Source of the DNA: Octopus sinensis
Lineage: Eukaryota
Assembly: GCF_006345805.1 (NCBI RefSeq)
Contig: NW_021835451.1
Coordinates: 1 to 44,190, forward strand
Length of the DNA stretch: 44,190 nucleotides
Direction of reading: 5' to 3'
How positions within the stretch are numbered: the first letter of the stretch is position 1; each line of letters opens with the position of its first letter. Below the pieces are notes generated by a model. The model ran no database searches, was not told the DNA's origin, and saw only the letters and a list, made by a program, of their open reading frames with translations. The position numbers and the translations under genes are program-made. Below are positions 1 through 11,689 of this stretch, one piece after another.

Positions 1-152
1 CCAAATAGCAAGTATCTCCTAAATGCCATCTCTGGACGAAATTAACAATGGATATGTCCCCATACGCTTCAAAATCGCAGGGCCTGTTAATAAACAACTA
101 CCGCCGTAGACCTAACAGACTGCTTCGTTCGTTTGCCTCCAAATGTCGTGAG

Positions 153-242
153 TCAGTAACGGTCAGTTTCTACTTCGCTGCTGTCAGCCACACAATTGCA
201 CCCATGACATTTCAAATAAGAAACTGCGTGATTCACGTTAAT
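153..242 (-). CDS. Candidate terminal coding exon, unknown protein (INVNHAVSYLKCHGCNCVADSSEVETDRY*)
   Basis: Acceptor tcatttaatccttacag| on the minus strand. Only the phase-0 frame is open (29 codons + TGA), and it is phase-compatible with candidate exon 668-726. No homology recognised. Confidence 0.25.
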   Translation of the reverse strand: MNVNHAVSYLKCHGCNCVADSSEVETDRY

Positions 243-440
243 CTGTAAGGATTAAATGAACCAGAGTGATTTAAATAGATTCGTTGATTCTTTATTTAAT
301 GAACGCAGATATTCCGTACACCAGAATGCGAGTAACAATTCACTTCATTATTAAGGATGTCCATATATATATTGATATATATATATATACACACATATAA
401 TAATCGTTGCTATATATATATATACATATATATATATACA

Positions 441-518
441 TATATTAATAAATGTTTGTGTTTCTATATATATACATATATTAATAAATGTTTGTGTTTC
501 TATATATATACATATATA
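441..518. repeat. 36-bp tandem duplication in a TA microsatellite
   Basis: tatattaataaatgtttgtgtttctatatatataca occurs at 441 and 477. Confidence 0.9.
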
Positions 519-667
519 GGTAGCATATTTGGGTGTATAGTGTGTATATATACACAGGTAGCATTTGGTATTCACGTCGTCATGTGCAATCTCTACGAGA
601 ACATTATTTCCACCACTATCATCACAGAATACAACAGTTGTGGTATTATCGACAACATTCGAGATAC

Positions 668-726
668 CAAACGGAAATTTTTGCTCGTTTCCCCCTCAAG
701 TTTCACAGCTCCTTTAAAGGGATAAC
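668..726 (-). CDS. Candidate 59-nt internal exon ((G)YPFKGAVKLEGETSKNFRL)
   Basis: Acceptor ttttttctaag|, donor TTG|gtatct. Phase 1 in, phase 0 out, which fits 2941-3072 upstream and 153-242 downstream. Splice-signal evidence only. Confidence 0.2.
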
Positions 727-1677
727 CTTAGAAAAAACCTTTCTGTAAACATGCACCATATCTGCTTAATTTGGCATGAACCTCTGCTAGTAAAGCAGTC
801 TGAACGCATGTCAGCCATAAACCAATACCCACTGAAACCTCTTTGCGCTGTGAGCGGTGGTGGTTTTTGAGAGTAGAGCGATCATCTGACCATAAGGTCG
901 CGCGTCTGTTTCACACGATGTAAAAGTGTGGATGAATATGAAACGGTGCTAAAGAATATAAGTGAGGTATACATTCGTCAACCGTCGTTGACCTCTCAGA
1001 GAGATATCTGCCTTTCAATGAATGATGTCAGAATCATTCACATAGTGAAGGACATAACATTAAAATGAATTGCTTGCATTAAAAATGTAACCGCGATTTT
1101 ACTTTTAAAAAACTGAAAATAAATATAAAATATAAAATTGAATGTAAATATATAACAGGAATTTTAAACACATAACAAAACAAAAAAATCCTTGATTGTT
1201 AAATTTTTAATATTTTTTTTTCATTTCTAAAGTAGCGTGATCAGTCATAACCAAATTTTGTTGACAGTTCAATTGTTGACAGAACATTAATCAGTAACGA
1301 TCTGTCTTCCATTTTGTTAAACAACTAATCACATCGACTCTGTCTATCGACAATAACATATGATTTATTATTTTAATGGTTACAGCTATTAACTCTTAAA
1401 TGTTTCAGCTCCAACATTACAGCTCCAACATTTGTATTCATAAAAAAATCCGCTCGAGCACTTTTAGGGGTTTTAGTTAAATCATATCACACATTTTAAT
1501 CACTAAAATAGTGTTTAACAGGAAAAATATCAACTGGACTATAATGTGTCGATTCGCTATAATCTAAGACACTGCTGGTTAACTACAGACAGAGTTATTA
1601 GCAACGAGTAGGTTTCAGAGGCCGTGGTTATCTAGACGTTGACAAAGGAAAGTTGATACAGTTGTATAGTTAAGAAA

Positions 1678-2018
1678 TTAGGAATTATGTACATTATTTA
1701 CATTTGACGGATATTTCTCCTCATCTTGTTTCTTGTTAACACAAAGTTTTGTCTGATATACCCTGCAGCCTTCATCAGGTGTCTTAAGGAAATTTCGAAC
1801 CTGGGTTCCCATTTCCAAGATATTTTTCGATCTTCTTCTTCTTATAATTATTATTATTATTATTATCATTATTAATATTATCATTATCATTATTATTATT
1901 ATTATCATTATTATTATTATTATTATTATCAGCATCATTCAGGTCACAGCCTGGAATCGAACTTGGAATCTTGGGATTAGTAGCCCGCACTTTTAACCCC
2001 TACACCATATGCGCGTGG
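1678..2018 (-). mobile_element. Composite SINE: tRNA-like head + (AAT)n + hammerhead-bearing tail
   Basis: Minus-strand head has A box TGGTGTAGGGG and B box AGTTCGATTCC, followed by (AAT)n at ~1845-1930 and a tail with CTGATGA...AAAAC. Confidence 0.7.
1738..1783 (-). ncRNA. Degenerate minimal type-I hammerhead ribozyme motif
   Basis: GACAC-CUGAUGA-A-GGCUG(loop)CAGAC-AAAAC-UUU-GUGUU. Helix I GACAC/GUGUU pairs and CUGAUGA is intact; GAAA is altered to AAAA and helix II has one mismatch. Confidence 0.55.
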
Positions 2019-2212
2019 AAAGGAAAGTTTGTTGATTTTAGTGCTCATTGTTACAGACTTCACAGGTTATTGGTACCAGTAACGCTATGACAAAGATTTA
2101 GAACGATTTCCTAAAGTGTCGATTCCTAACTACAATGCATTGAAGACAACAAAATCCCCCGCTCGCGCCCTTTGAAAATAATACCCTCGAATATTGTGGG
2201 TGTGTGCGTATG

Positions 2213-2253
<41 letters not shown>

Positions 2254-2503
2254 TATATATATACAGTATATTAATTGATCAACCTTACAGTACAAACGAC
2301 AGAGAAAAAATGAAACGGAAAGATGCCAAGTTCATCTTCCTGTTGTCCTTTTTTATGATGCTCTTCCTATAGATAAGACAATTTTTTCATGTTTGCTGCC
2401 CTCACACGCCTTTGCCAGTATATACACAATGAAGATCTACTATAGCGTCGTAAATGTATCGACTGCTATTTCCAGTAAACAGTGGTGCTTAGATGTACCA
2501 CTA

Positions 2504-2534
<31 letters not shown>

Positions 2535-2535
2535 G

Positions 2536-2580
<45 letters not shown>

Positions 2581-2940
2581 GTATACACACAGTTGCATGT
2601 ATGCATATAAGTATGAATTTCTTCAGTAACTTTAAAGTTGAGTTTTTATTAAATGTTCATAGTTCATAAGATATATTAAATCTAATCTAATCTAATCCTG
2701 TCCATAGCAAGTATATATACCTCTCAATTTCTTATATACGTATGTGTGTATGTTTTTTTTTTATATTTCGCTTGCAAGTAAAGATGTAGTACTCAATGCG
2801 GGGTGCATTGGAACCCCATAATATTTATTCTATTCATATCTGTCATTTAACGAATACGCATGCGTAATGGTGAAAATCTCTGGGGATAATTAAGTATCGT
2901 TGAGAATGCAAAGATGGCAGCTGTTAATGTACAATCCTAC

Positions 2941-3072
2941 CTGAACACTTTACAATAAAGTCCTGCTGTATAGCTTTGCTGATTAAATTCGTAGGAAGGG
3001 TATCAATATCGATTATCATTGCAGCTGAACATATCTACCGGGATATTACATTAGATGTGGAACAGCTGAGAT
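2941..3072 (-). CDS. Candidate 132-nt exon: either 5'UTR + ATG (MIIDIDTLPTNLISKAIQQDFIVKCS) or a phase-1 frame broken by one TAG
   Basis: Acceptor gccttcatttcag|, donor CAG|gtagga. Length is divisible by 3, and one frame has a single stop (TAG, 3035-3037). Confidence 0.3.
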
Positions 3073-3196
3073 CTGAAATGAAGGCAACATCAAAAACAGT
3101 TATACTAAAGGGAATACCGTGACCATAAAAAAAGTAACTGCCATAAAGGTATGCTCGCACCTAGCTAATACTTCAGAAAGGTAAAAACCTCATATA

Positions 3197-3228
<32 letters not shown>

Positions 3229-3462
3229 CAAAAATGAGGGAAAAAATAGTAACGCCAAGGAATATATTCAGTTAGGAAGTAACGTTAGATATAAAGCTAT
3301 ATTTTTGATACAGCGGTGCAGCAGTTCTTCACCGTCACTTCTAGAGAAATGGGTGTTATAGCTAATGTGTGTGTGTGTGTGTGGTGTGTGTGTGTCTGTG
3401 TGTGTGTGCGTGTCTGCTGCTGCGTAGCTTCTGATAGACTACGACATAATATAGGGGCATGC

Positions 3463-3497
<35 letters not shown>

Positions 3498-3924
3498 ATA
3501 CATACATACATATATGCATAGATAGATAGATAGATAGGTAGGTAGGTAGGTAGGTAGGTAGAGAAATAGATAGATAGATAGACTCACACACGCGCGCACA
3601 CACATAGGCATACATATACATGTACATATTTATAGACAATCGTTTTCTGCGCTGCTTAGTGCGAGATTTGCACGTTTATCCTTGACATATCCAACGAAAT
3701 CCATCGGCTTCGTTTAGGGTTAGGATTTCGGTTGATTGTGACTGACAACAAAAATATGTTGAAACGCAGGTGATGCAGAGTGTTGTGCCACAATGAGACC
3801 AGTGTGTTGAACACCACTGGTGTCTAAAATAGAAAAGATCTAATCCTGTGGCATACACTAAAGCAACTGGCAAATTATGCAGCTGAACCTGCATACACAT
3901 GCTAGAATTAAATATGTAAATAAT

Positions 3925-4165
3925 CATTCTCTGTACGTCTCTCTGTCTCTATTTCTCTCTCTCTCTCTCTCTCTGCCTGTCTCTCTGTCTGTTTCTCTCT
4001 CTATCTCTCTCTGTCTGTCTCTCTCTGTCTGTCACACTATCATTTATCTATCTATCTATCTATCTATCTATCAATCACTTTTTCTCTCTATCTCTCTCTA
4101 TCTCTCTCTTTCTTTCTCTCTCTATCTATCTATCTATCTATCTATCTATCAATCAATCAATTCTC
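3925..4165. repeat. (CT)n/(CTAT)n compound microsatellite
   Basis: Direct reading. Confidence 0.95.
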
Positions 4166-4459
4166 GCTGTTTCCGTGATCCCCGTTAATCCGCAGTAGGT
4201 AAATAATTCCTTTTGAAGTGAGAAACCAATGTGCTCCTTGAGTCATTCATTTCACATTCAACTACGAAGTCTAATTTGTTTTCGCTGCTATCGATTAGGG
4301 CCAGGTCAGCACTATTGCAAGCATGGCCATCGCATTTGGTCCGGATTACGTTTCTCCAACTAATTGTGTTTACCAAGCAACAGCAGAAATGGATTTAAGG
4401 GAAATCTTTAGCTGCCATATATATAATGTGACGTGTCTACGTGGAGGCTAATGTGTTGG

Positions 4460-4758
4460 TCTTTGTCTTCGTCGCCCTTTTCAAGCCTAACCAGTCTCAT
4501 GCGCCCGGTTTCCCGGTTTCTGTGGCGTATGTGCCCCCCCCCCCACCTGGACGGGACGCCAGTCCATCGCAGCGTTACTCAAGAAACAGGAAGCGAGAGT
4601 GAGGGACAGTTGTGGTGAAAGAGTACAACAGGGGTCGCCACCACCCCCTGCTGGAGCCTCGTGAACCTTTTAGGTGTTTTCGTTCAATAAACATACACAA
4701 CGCCCGGTCTGGGAATCGAAACCGAGATCCTCCGACCACTGGGCCATTGCGTCTCCAC
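4460..4758 (-). mobile_element. tRNA-derived SINE, family C (older copy, shortened head)
   Basis: The reverse complement matches the copy at 25944-26234 (ccaggtggggg, gaaaccgggaaaccggg, ggtttcgattcccagaccgggcg). Confidence 0.85.
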
Positions 4759-5432
4759 CATTGTGTTTGTAGAGATAGCTTATACAATGATAAAGATGGC
4801 TCCCTCAGTTACTGGTATATTTATTACAAGGAGCACCCATAGAGTCCCGTCTTCTTAATTTCACTGGCAAGTCTTGGGTCCCCCTGAAGTTAAGTTTACA
4901 GAGACGCAGTAAGCCAGGCAAAAACACCGAACTTGCAAATTCATAGCTGCGAAGGATATCACTTAACCGCTCAGCCATTCTTATGTCTTCTAATAGAGAC
5001 ATTCACCCACACATACACAGGCACAGACATGCACAGGCGCTCGTCTACACGTACTCACATGAACACATATACGTATATACATACATGCACATACATAAAC
5101 ATACGAAACCAATTCATGCATGCACGTATTATTCTTGTATTGGTTCTTTCCTGTCCCGAGTAATTAAGTTTTTGAAATGTTAATTGGGAAAACCTCGACC
5201 TTTCAAACAAAGTGCCCAACAATCACGCACTTTGGAAATAAAATCTGTGAGCGAAACCAATAAAATTAAACAAAGCTTTCGAAATTATTACATGGAAATT
5301 TTACCGCTTTTGGTATACAAATTCCAACTTTGGAAATTAGTTTCTTTTTAAAAGAAAAATCCTGAAATCCTATCAAATATAAATAATTCGAATTGTGAAA
5401 CAAAAAGAGAAAGATTAGAGACAAAAATACCT

Positions 5433-5646
5433 GAGCTGGCAGAATCATTAGAGCGCCGGGCGAAATGCTTAGAGGTATTTCGTCTGCCGTTACGTTCTGA
5501 GTTCAAATTCCGCCGAGGTCGACTTGGCCTTTCATCCTTTCGGGGTCGATGAATTAAGTATCAGTTACGCACTGGGGTCGATATAATCGACTTCATCCCC
5601 TTATTTGTCCCTTCTATGTTTAGGCCCTTGTGGGCAATAAAGAAAC
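5433..5646 (+). mobile_element. tRNA-derived SINE, family A, near full length
   Basis: gagctggcagaatc...gagttcaaattccgccgaggtcgac...ggggtcgat...cttgtgggcaataaagaaa; many related copies in the window. Confidence 0.92.
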
Positions 5647-5748
5647 AAAAATACCTGTGTCGGACTGCTTCTGTATAAATCTTGAATGGATTTGTTGCAG
5701 ATAAACTCAGAAGGTTTATGGTTTATTAAGAAACAGACATACAGCACT

Positions 5749-6043
5749 GTAGGCGTGGTTGTGTGGTTGCTTCCCAACCACATGGTTGTGGGTTCATTCC
5801 CAATGCGTACCACCTTGTGTCCTCTATTACAGCTTCGGGCCGACAAAAGACTTATGAGTGGATTTGGTAGACAGAAACTGAAGGATGTATGACGTGTGTG
5901 TTCTTTTGTCTGTGGTTGTTACTCACCACCGCTAGACAATCGGCGTTGTTCTGTTTACGTCCCTTTAACCTAGCTGTGAGGCAGAAGGGACAGACGGAAT
6001 AAGTGCCATGCTTGGCAAAAAAAGTACTGAGGTCGATTCATTC
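5749..6043 (+). mobile_element. SINE family B, diverged copy
   Basis: Aligns with 7082-7460 (ccaaccacatggtt..gggttca, gggccgac, gatttggtaga..aactgaa). Confidence 0.85.
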
Positions 6044-6429
6044 TCTGAGCGAGAGATATGCAGTAACAGTTCTGTAGGGTAAAGTCTGTTTGGCAGCGCA
6101 ATGTGACTGTCTTACGTAGGACGAGGTTACTGCTTTTTAGCCCCAGGACAATATATTTTTCCAGCTGGTTACCGACACATGATCTGTGTCTGTATATTGT
6201 GAGTCTACTCAGCCCTTTGTAGCCGTAGCGATACCTGTAGACCAATGGTTTCTAGGTAATTTCCCTTCGTCGGTACAGGACAATTGTCGACTAGAGATAG
6301 CAGCCACTCTCTCTTGTTCACAGTATATACTTTTAATGCGGCACACCCTCACTGATCTCATAAAGAGAAAAATATCTAGTTTTGAATCTCTGAGTGAGAA
6401 ATATATAGCAATAGTACTGTACTGTAAAG

Positions 6430-6480
<51 letters not shown>

Positions 6481-6484
6481 GTGT

Positions 6485-6645
6485 GTGTGTGTGTGTGTGT
6501 GGTGTGTGTGCGTGTAAATTCGTAGCTATATATATGTGTGTGTGTGTGTGGTGTGTGTGTGCGTGTAAATTCGTAGCTATATATATGTGTGTGTGTGTGT
6601 ATGTGTGTGTGTGTGTGCGTGTAAATAACGTAGCTATATATATAT
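6485..6645. repeat. Three copies of gcgtgtaaa(ttc)gtagctatatatat separated by (GT)n
   Basis: Direct reading. Confidence 0.85.
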
Positions 6646-6712
6646 CTGTGTGTGATATTTTGTTTCTGTTTGTTTGTGCCGCATGCCAGAGCTTCACACT
6701 CGGTTGGCTTAC

Positions 6713-6727
6713 GTCCTCAAAGGTCTG
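6713..6727 (-). other. Candidate 15-nt micro-exon
   Basis: tttttcgagtatactag|CAGACCTTTGAGGAC|gtaagc; frame-preserving. Confidence 0.15.
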
Positions 6728-6830
6728 CTAGTATACTCGAAAAACAATTATTGAAATAACTGTTACCTATTTCCTTAAATGTTTTTCACCTTCCGTCATC
6801 AACCGATCTGTGTGTGTGCGTGTGTGTGTT

Positions 6831-6861
<31 letters not shown>

Positions 6862-7037
6862 ACAGGGAAAGAGAGACTTGTGATGCAAACAGGAAAAAAG
6901 GGGACACATATAAATGCATGCATATTTTTTAAATCATACTGGAAGCAAGTGATTCACGGCCGGAGAGTTCGAGCGCAGGAATGTCTTGGCCGTTGGGTCA
7001 CTCTGCTGTTTCTGCTAAATATTAATAAAACATATAT

Positions 7038-7081
<44 letters not shown>

Positions 7082-7089
<8 letters not shown>

Positions 7090-7460
7090 TTAGTAGCTTG
7101 CTTACCAACCACATGGTTCTGGGTTCAGTCCCACTGCGTGGCATCCTCTGCTAGAGCCCCGGGCCGACCAATGCCTTGTGAGTAGATTTGGTAGATGAAA
7201 CTGAAAGAAGCCCGTCGTATATATGTATGTATGTGTTTGTGTGTATGTGTTTGTGTGTCTGTGTTTGTCCCCCTAGCATTGCTTGGCAACCGATGCTGGT
7301 GTGTTTATGTCCGCGTTACTTAGAGTTTCGGCAAATGAGACCGATAGAACAAGTACTGGGCCTACAAAGAATAAGTCCCGGGGTCGAGTTGCTCGATTAA
7401 ATGCGGTGCTCCAGCATGGCCGCAGTCAAATAACTGAAATAAGTAAAAGAGTAAAAGAGT
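7082..7460 (+). mobile_element. SINE family B, full length
   Basis: tRNA-like head (gtggttagtagc, gggttcagtccc), central (TG)n, and tail ending aagtaaaagagtaaaagagt. Confidence 0.92.
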
Positions 7461-8277
7461 ATGTGTGTGTGTGTGTATATGTGTGTACATACACTTTTTT
7501 ATTTTATATATTTATTCATTGATACAAACACATACTCCCACATAGAAAGTTAATTGTGTTCTACACGAAAACTCTTCATATATCTTCTCCTAAATCATTA
7601 GAACAGTTCGGCGACGCAGCGTGTATATTTAAACGATGCAATGACACCGTGCAAACACGCTTTTATTCTCTGCATCTCTCTGTGGACAGAAAACAGTCTG
7701 AATACTTTGACAGTGTCCACAGAGTAATATATAAAATAGATATATTTGTACATGATGTGATTGTATTTGTTTAAAAGTTTACCTAGATTCAAACAAATCT
7801 TGTATTGTTTCAATACAAATAACTGTCTGTTCATATACTATATATATATTATATTTATATATAATATATATATAATATATATATATAATATACATAATTC
7901 TTTTAAACTTGGGTCTACACCTGGTAGTATGCTGTTAAAGCACGTTCGCTGTCTTTGGCTACCTGATGTCATCTACCACTACGGATGTAAGTGCCACTGG
8001 ATTTACTTCAGTTATTATTTCTATTTTGTCGAGTTTATAAGAAATAAGAGAAAAGGAAAATAGAATTCACGAGATATTTTTAAATCACAAATATCGTTTC
8101 GCCCCACCTTGCAATGATCACTCGCCGGTAAGATGTTATACAACTGGTTACAGTACATCCTTCGGGACAGGTCTGTCTGTTAGGTGACTTTTCAAAAGAT
8201 ACGTCGTTGAGGAAACGTGGTTTCGCTTCGTTCAATAATAATACCTTGCATTATTTCCTCGTAGCGTGGTGCGTACA

Positions 8278-8621
8278 CTAGCTTTAGTACACCATGCGCA
8301 AAATGCCCCTCGTCCAATGGACGGGACTGAGTTGTCAAACATTTAAACCAAATTTTCTCAAAACAACTTGTCTGATTTTTCTCGCGTACGCCTAGTATCA
8401 ATCGCAAAAGCTGATGTACTTGCACGTACAAATGCACGTTACCACGGCTTTATCGATCGCATTCTCTCCTGGAATCGATTTTTAAAATTTTTTCAAGACT
8501 TATACACGCCCTTTTCCCGTCGGTATCTACATATTAAATTTGAGCGCAATCGGATGGAGGATGCCCGAGATCCTAGAAGACACACACACGCAGACAAAAA
8601 GAACGGATTTTATATAATAGA
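8278..8621 (-). mobile_element. Possible non-autonomous Helitron-like element
   Basis: Minus strand starts A|TCTATTATATAAAATCCG, then (TG)n and ccgattgcgctcaaattt, which resembles animal Helitron 5' ends. A candidate CTAG|T end lies at 8278-8281. The subterminal hairpin is not convincing. Confidence 0.4.
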
Positions 8622-8642
8622 TTATCTTTTATCTATTACATG

Positions 8643-8830
8643 ACTACGGCCATGCTGGGGCACCACTTTCAATTTTAGTCGAATGAATTGATCCCAAGAT
8701 TTATTTTATTAGTCTCATTTGTCGCACCGCTTTTGTACGGGGCTTAAAAACACTAACAGCGGTTGGCAAGCCATGGTGGGGGACGAGCACAAACATAAAG
8801 GCACACATACACACAGAAACACACATGAGG
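8643..8830 (-). mobile_element. SINE family B, 3' fragment
   Basis: ggccatgctggggcacc and ggttggcaag..ggtgggggac are reverse-complementary to the tail of 7082-7460. Confidence 0.75.
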
Positions 8831-8839
8831 ACGCGCACA

Positions 8840-9085
8840 GTGACACACGCGCTGACCCATACACACACATGCACATACCCATACACACAGGCACAGACCC
8901 ATGCACACACGCGCACTGACTCATACACACACGTTCGCAGACCCATACACAGACACGTCAGACCCATACACAGACGCGCACTGACTCATACATATACGCG
9001 CGCAGACCCATATACACACGAGCGCACAGGCCCATTCACTCGCGCGCAGGCCCATACACACACGTGCGCAGGCACATACACAGTG
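8840..9085. repeat. ~20-bp minisatellite (cagacccatacacacacgcg-like), about a dozen diverged units
   Basis: Repeated gacccatacaca / gactcataca motifs. Confidence 0.85.
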
Positions 9086-9111
9086 CAATCTGAGAACATG
9101 TACCGAGAGTA

Positions 9112-9661
9112 ATAAAAACCTAAGCATCCGGTCAACATCATGGTGTTTGTAATGGTAAATAGTGATGGCGACGTTATGCCTCCTTCATCTCACACTGCCT
9201 CAGACTCAGCACGGACCCCACATCTAGAGCATGGAGGAGGTAGTGTTGCCCTGGTTCAAGAGGTTGGCTACTGAAAGACCCTATTCTCTGACAACAGGAC
9301 CCTGCACAATGCCACACAAGGAGTAACATTTGGCCACCTGACTCCCCGACTGCAAACCCCTTGATTACGTGGGGCGCACTTGATCGAGAGGAGATGAAAA
9401 GTCCTTGTAAAACAAAAGATGAACTGAGAGCAAGCATTATGGCCGAATTCACCAATTTAAACAAGGAGTCTGTCCAGAAGAGTTTGTGGAGATTCCGAAG
9501 AAGTGTGGAGGCCGAGGTTCAAGCCAATGGCGAATTATTGAATAAATTTACTCTTTCGTATTTCAAAATATTCTTATGTAATTTTGTTAAGTTTATCTGT
9601 TAAAATGAGATGTCAGATTCACTTTCGCGTAAATTAGACGACAGATTATTCAACGCACCCC

Positions 9662-9662
<1 letters not shown>
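9112..9662 (+). mobile_element. Mariner/maT-type (DDxD) transposon, 3' half with decayed transposase and right end
   Basis: KHPVNIMVF..SDGDVMPPF, QQD.A.CHT, IWPP.SP..NPLDY-like, WGA..RE..K.PC.TKDEL and RFR...EA.V.ANG, with frameshifts. The end matches 36498-36640. Confidence 0.88.
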
Positions 9663-9694
<32 letters not shown>

Positions 9695-9713
9695 GTGTGT
9701 GTGTGCGTGTATA

Positions 9714-9770
<57 letters not shown>

Positions 9771-9985
9771 ATTGTGTATATGTATATGTATATATGTATA
9801 TGTGTGTATATGTATATGTATATATGTATATGTGTGTATATGATATGTATATATGTATATTGTAATATATGTATATGTATATATGTATATGTATATATAT
9901 ATGTATATGTATATATGCATATATATGTATATGTATACATATATATATTGGGAGGGAGAGAGAGATACATATACACGGCATTCAT

Positions 9986-10017
<32 letters not shown>

Positions 10018-10102
10018 TATATATATATATATATATATACTTCTCTATTTATGTAAGCATACATATATTCTCATATATAGATGTATATATATATATATAT
10101 AC

Positions 10103-10133
<31 letters not shown>

Positions 10134-10175
10134 ATGCATATTGGAATGTATGTATACATATCGTTGACGTCATCA

Positions 10176-10214
<39 letters not shown>

Positions 10215-10230
10215 GATAGATAGATAGATA
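9663..10230. repeat. Compound (TA)n/(TG)n/(TATATG)n microsatellite tract
   Basis: Direct reading; source of many spurious ORFs. Confidence 0.95.
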
Positions 10231-10722
10231 TGTTACAGCGTGCGTAATTGTAATGCGGAGTGCACTTGTCTTGCCCCCGCATTGTGTCTTTTTATATAAA
10301 TTATGCAAATATTATTGAAGGTTATGCATAACGAAGCAGGAACAAAGAGAATACCTCTACACCTTCTTACCGTTTTATTGAAATATACATAAACTGCAAT
10401 TCTTTGATGTACCTTAGAACGTTAATATAATAATTTGCATTTTAATTTATTCGCGTCAGTAATTATGGGAGTAAAATACGTGAATAGGTTCATGTGTGTC
10501 TGTGTGTGTCGGTGTAAGACTTGTTTCTTCCTGTGTGAACATCACGTGGTGTGATTATGGTGCGCTGTGATGTCGTGTCTGGAAGGAAGTGCCTGAAGAA
10601 ACTATGGCAAACGAACACATATTGATGTATGTACGTAGATGCAAGTGTGTGTATATTAATAAATAAGTTTATATATCTATGCACACAAACTTCTGTGTGT
10701 TTATGTATATATATGAGAAATA

Positions 10723-10780
<58 letters not shown>

Positions 10781-10898
10781 GCATATTTATGTAATACAAT
10801 ATAGGTGTCTACATTGAATAATTATGTATACATTTATAAATATATATTTTTACGTACGCTTATATCTGCATATATTTAACTTCACGTATTCATTACTT

Positions 10899-10966
<68 letters not shown>

Positions 10967-11059
10967 CTCCAAACATGAACAAAGAGAAAACACAATAACG
11001 CGAGGGCGTGGAACAAGTATAGGTATTTGAAAGCTCAGGAAAGGAAAGAAAGAAGGAGG

Positions 11060-11094
11060 ATTTAACGTTTTGAGCGGAACTCTTCGTCGGAAAC
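11060..11094 (-). ncRNA. Degenerate minimal hammerhead motif in a dispersed repeat
   Basis: GUUU-CCGACGA-A-GAGU-UCC-GCUC-AAAACGUU-AAAU. Helix I and II pair and the ACGU helix III is kept; two core substitutions. Confidence 0.55.
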
Positions 11095-11689
11095 ATAGAA
11101 AAAGGAAAGGTCCAAGAAAGACGGAGAAATAAAAATCGCCAACGATAAACATGCGGTCACATATTATTTCATTCTCAAAATTGTCCTGGTTAAAAACAAC
11201 AGGCCTCAGTTTCACTATTCCGTTGAAATTCCGTGACTAGATAATAAGAATAATCAGTGATTAAAAGTTTACCATCCGTGATCGCCCATCCTTCCCCACC
11301 TAGGAATAAGTTATATAATGTTTCCCTTACTATTAAAGTAGGTGTTTTGCTTATTAGCAGATAAGAATTTATTCTGTGTCGTAAGTTTGAAGTCACAGCT
11401 TATGTTTGTCTGTGCACGAGAAAGTATGCCTGTTTCTATATGTGCATGCATATATGTGTATTTTGCATTAATATATATCTGTGCCTATATATTTTTTTAT
11501 GTATATACGTATGTATAAATGCTCAAGTTTAAACTAGATTCCAACAAAGATAAACAAACTCTATCGCTCGAGTTTGGATAACAAAAGCAGTAAGTTTGAC
11601 ACTCTGAACTTAATATGGGCGTCGCATATTTTCACTGCTCTGCTGGTCGAGCGTGTATCAGCTGGTGTTAGATAGCTAGTGTCACCTGG

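Noticed and set aside
1-250. SKYLLNAI / RESVTVSFYF resemblance to piggyBac transposase
   Set aside because: The matches are short, lie in different frames and lack the catalytic motifs. The start also resembles a SINE tail.
4185-4376. 63-aa ORF with protein-like composition (RTKCDGHAC...)
   Set aside because: The acceptor is weak, no homology is recognised, and it would terminate upstream of the other minus-strand candidates.
4805-5002. 65-aa ORF MAERLSDILRSY...
   Set aside because: It begins with a tRNA-like A box (TGGCTGAGCGG), so it is more likely a decayed SINE head.
7678-7724. 11-bp inverted repeat CTCTGTGGACA/TGTCCACAGAG (and the 8-bp hairpin at 17806-17824)
   Set aside because: Too short to separate from chance in 44 kb without conservation data.
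7928-7986. LWLPDVIYHYG resembling the Cys-loop receptor WxPD motif, with a GTAAGT donor
   Set aside because: Only a 4-5 residue match, the acceptor is weak, and no other receptor exons were found.
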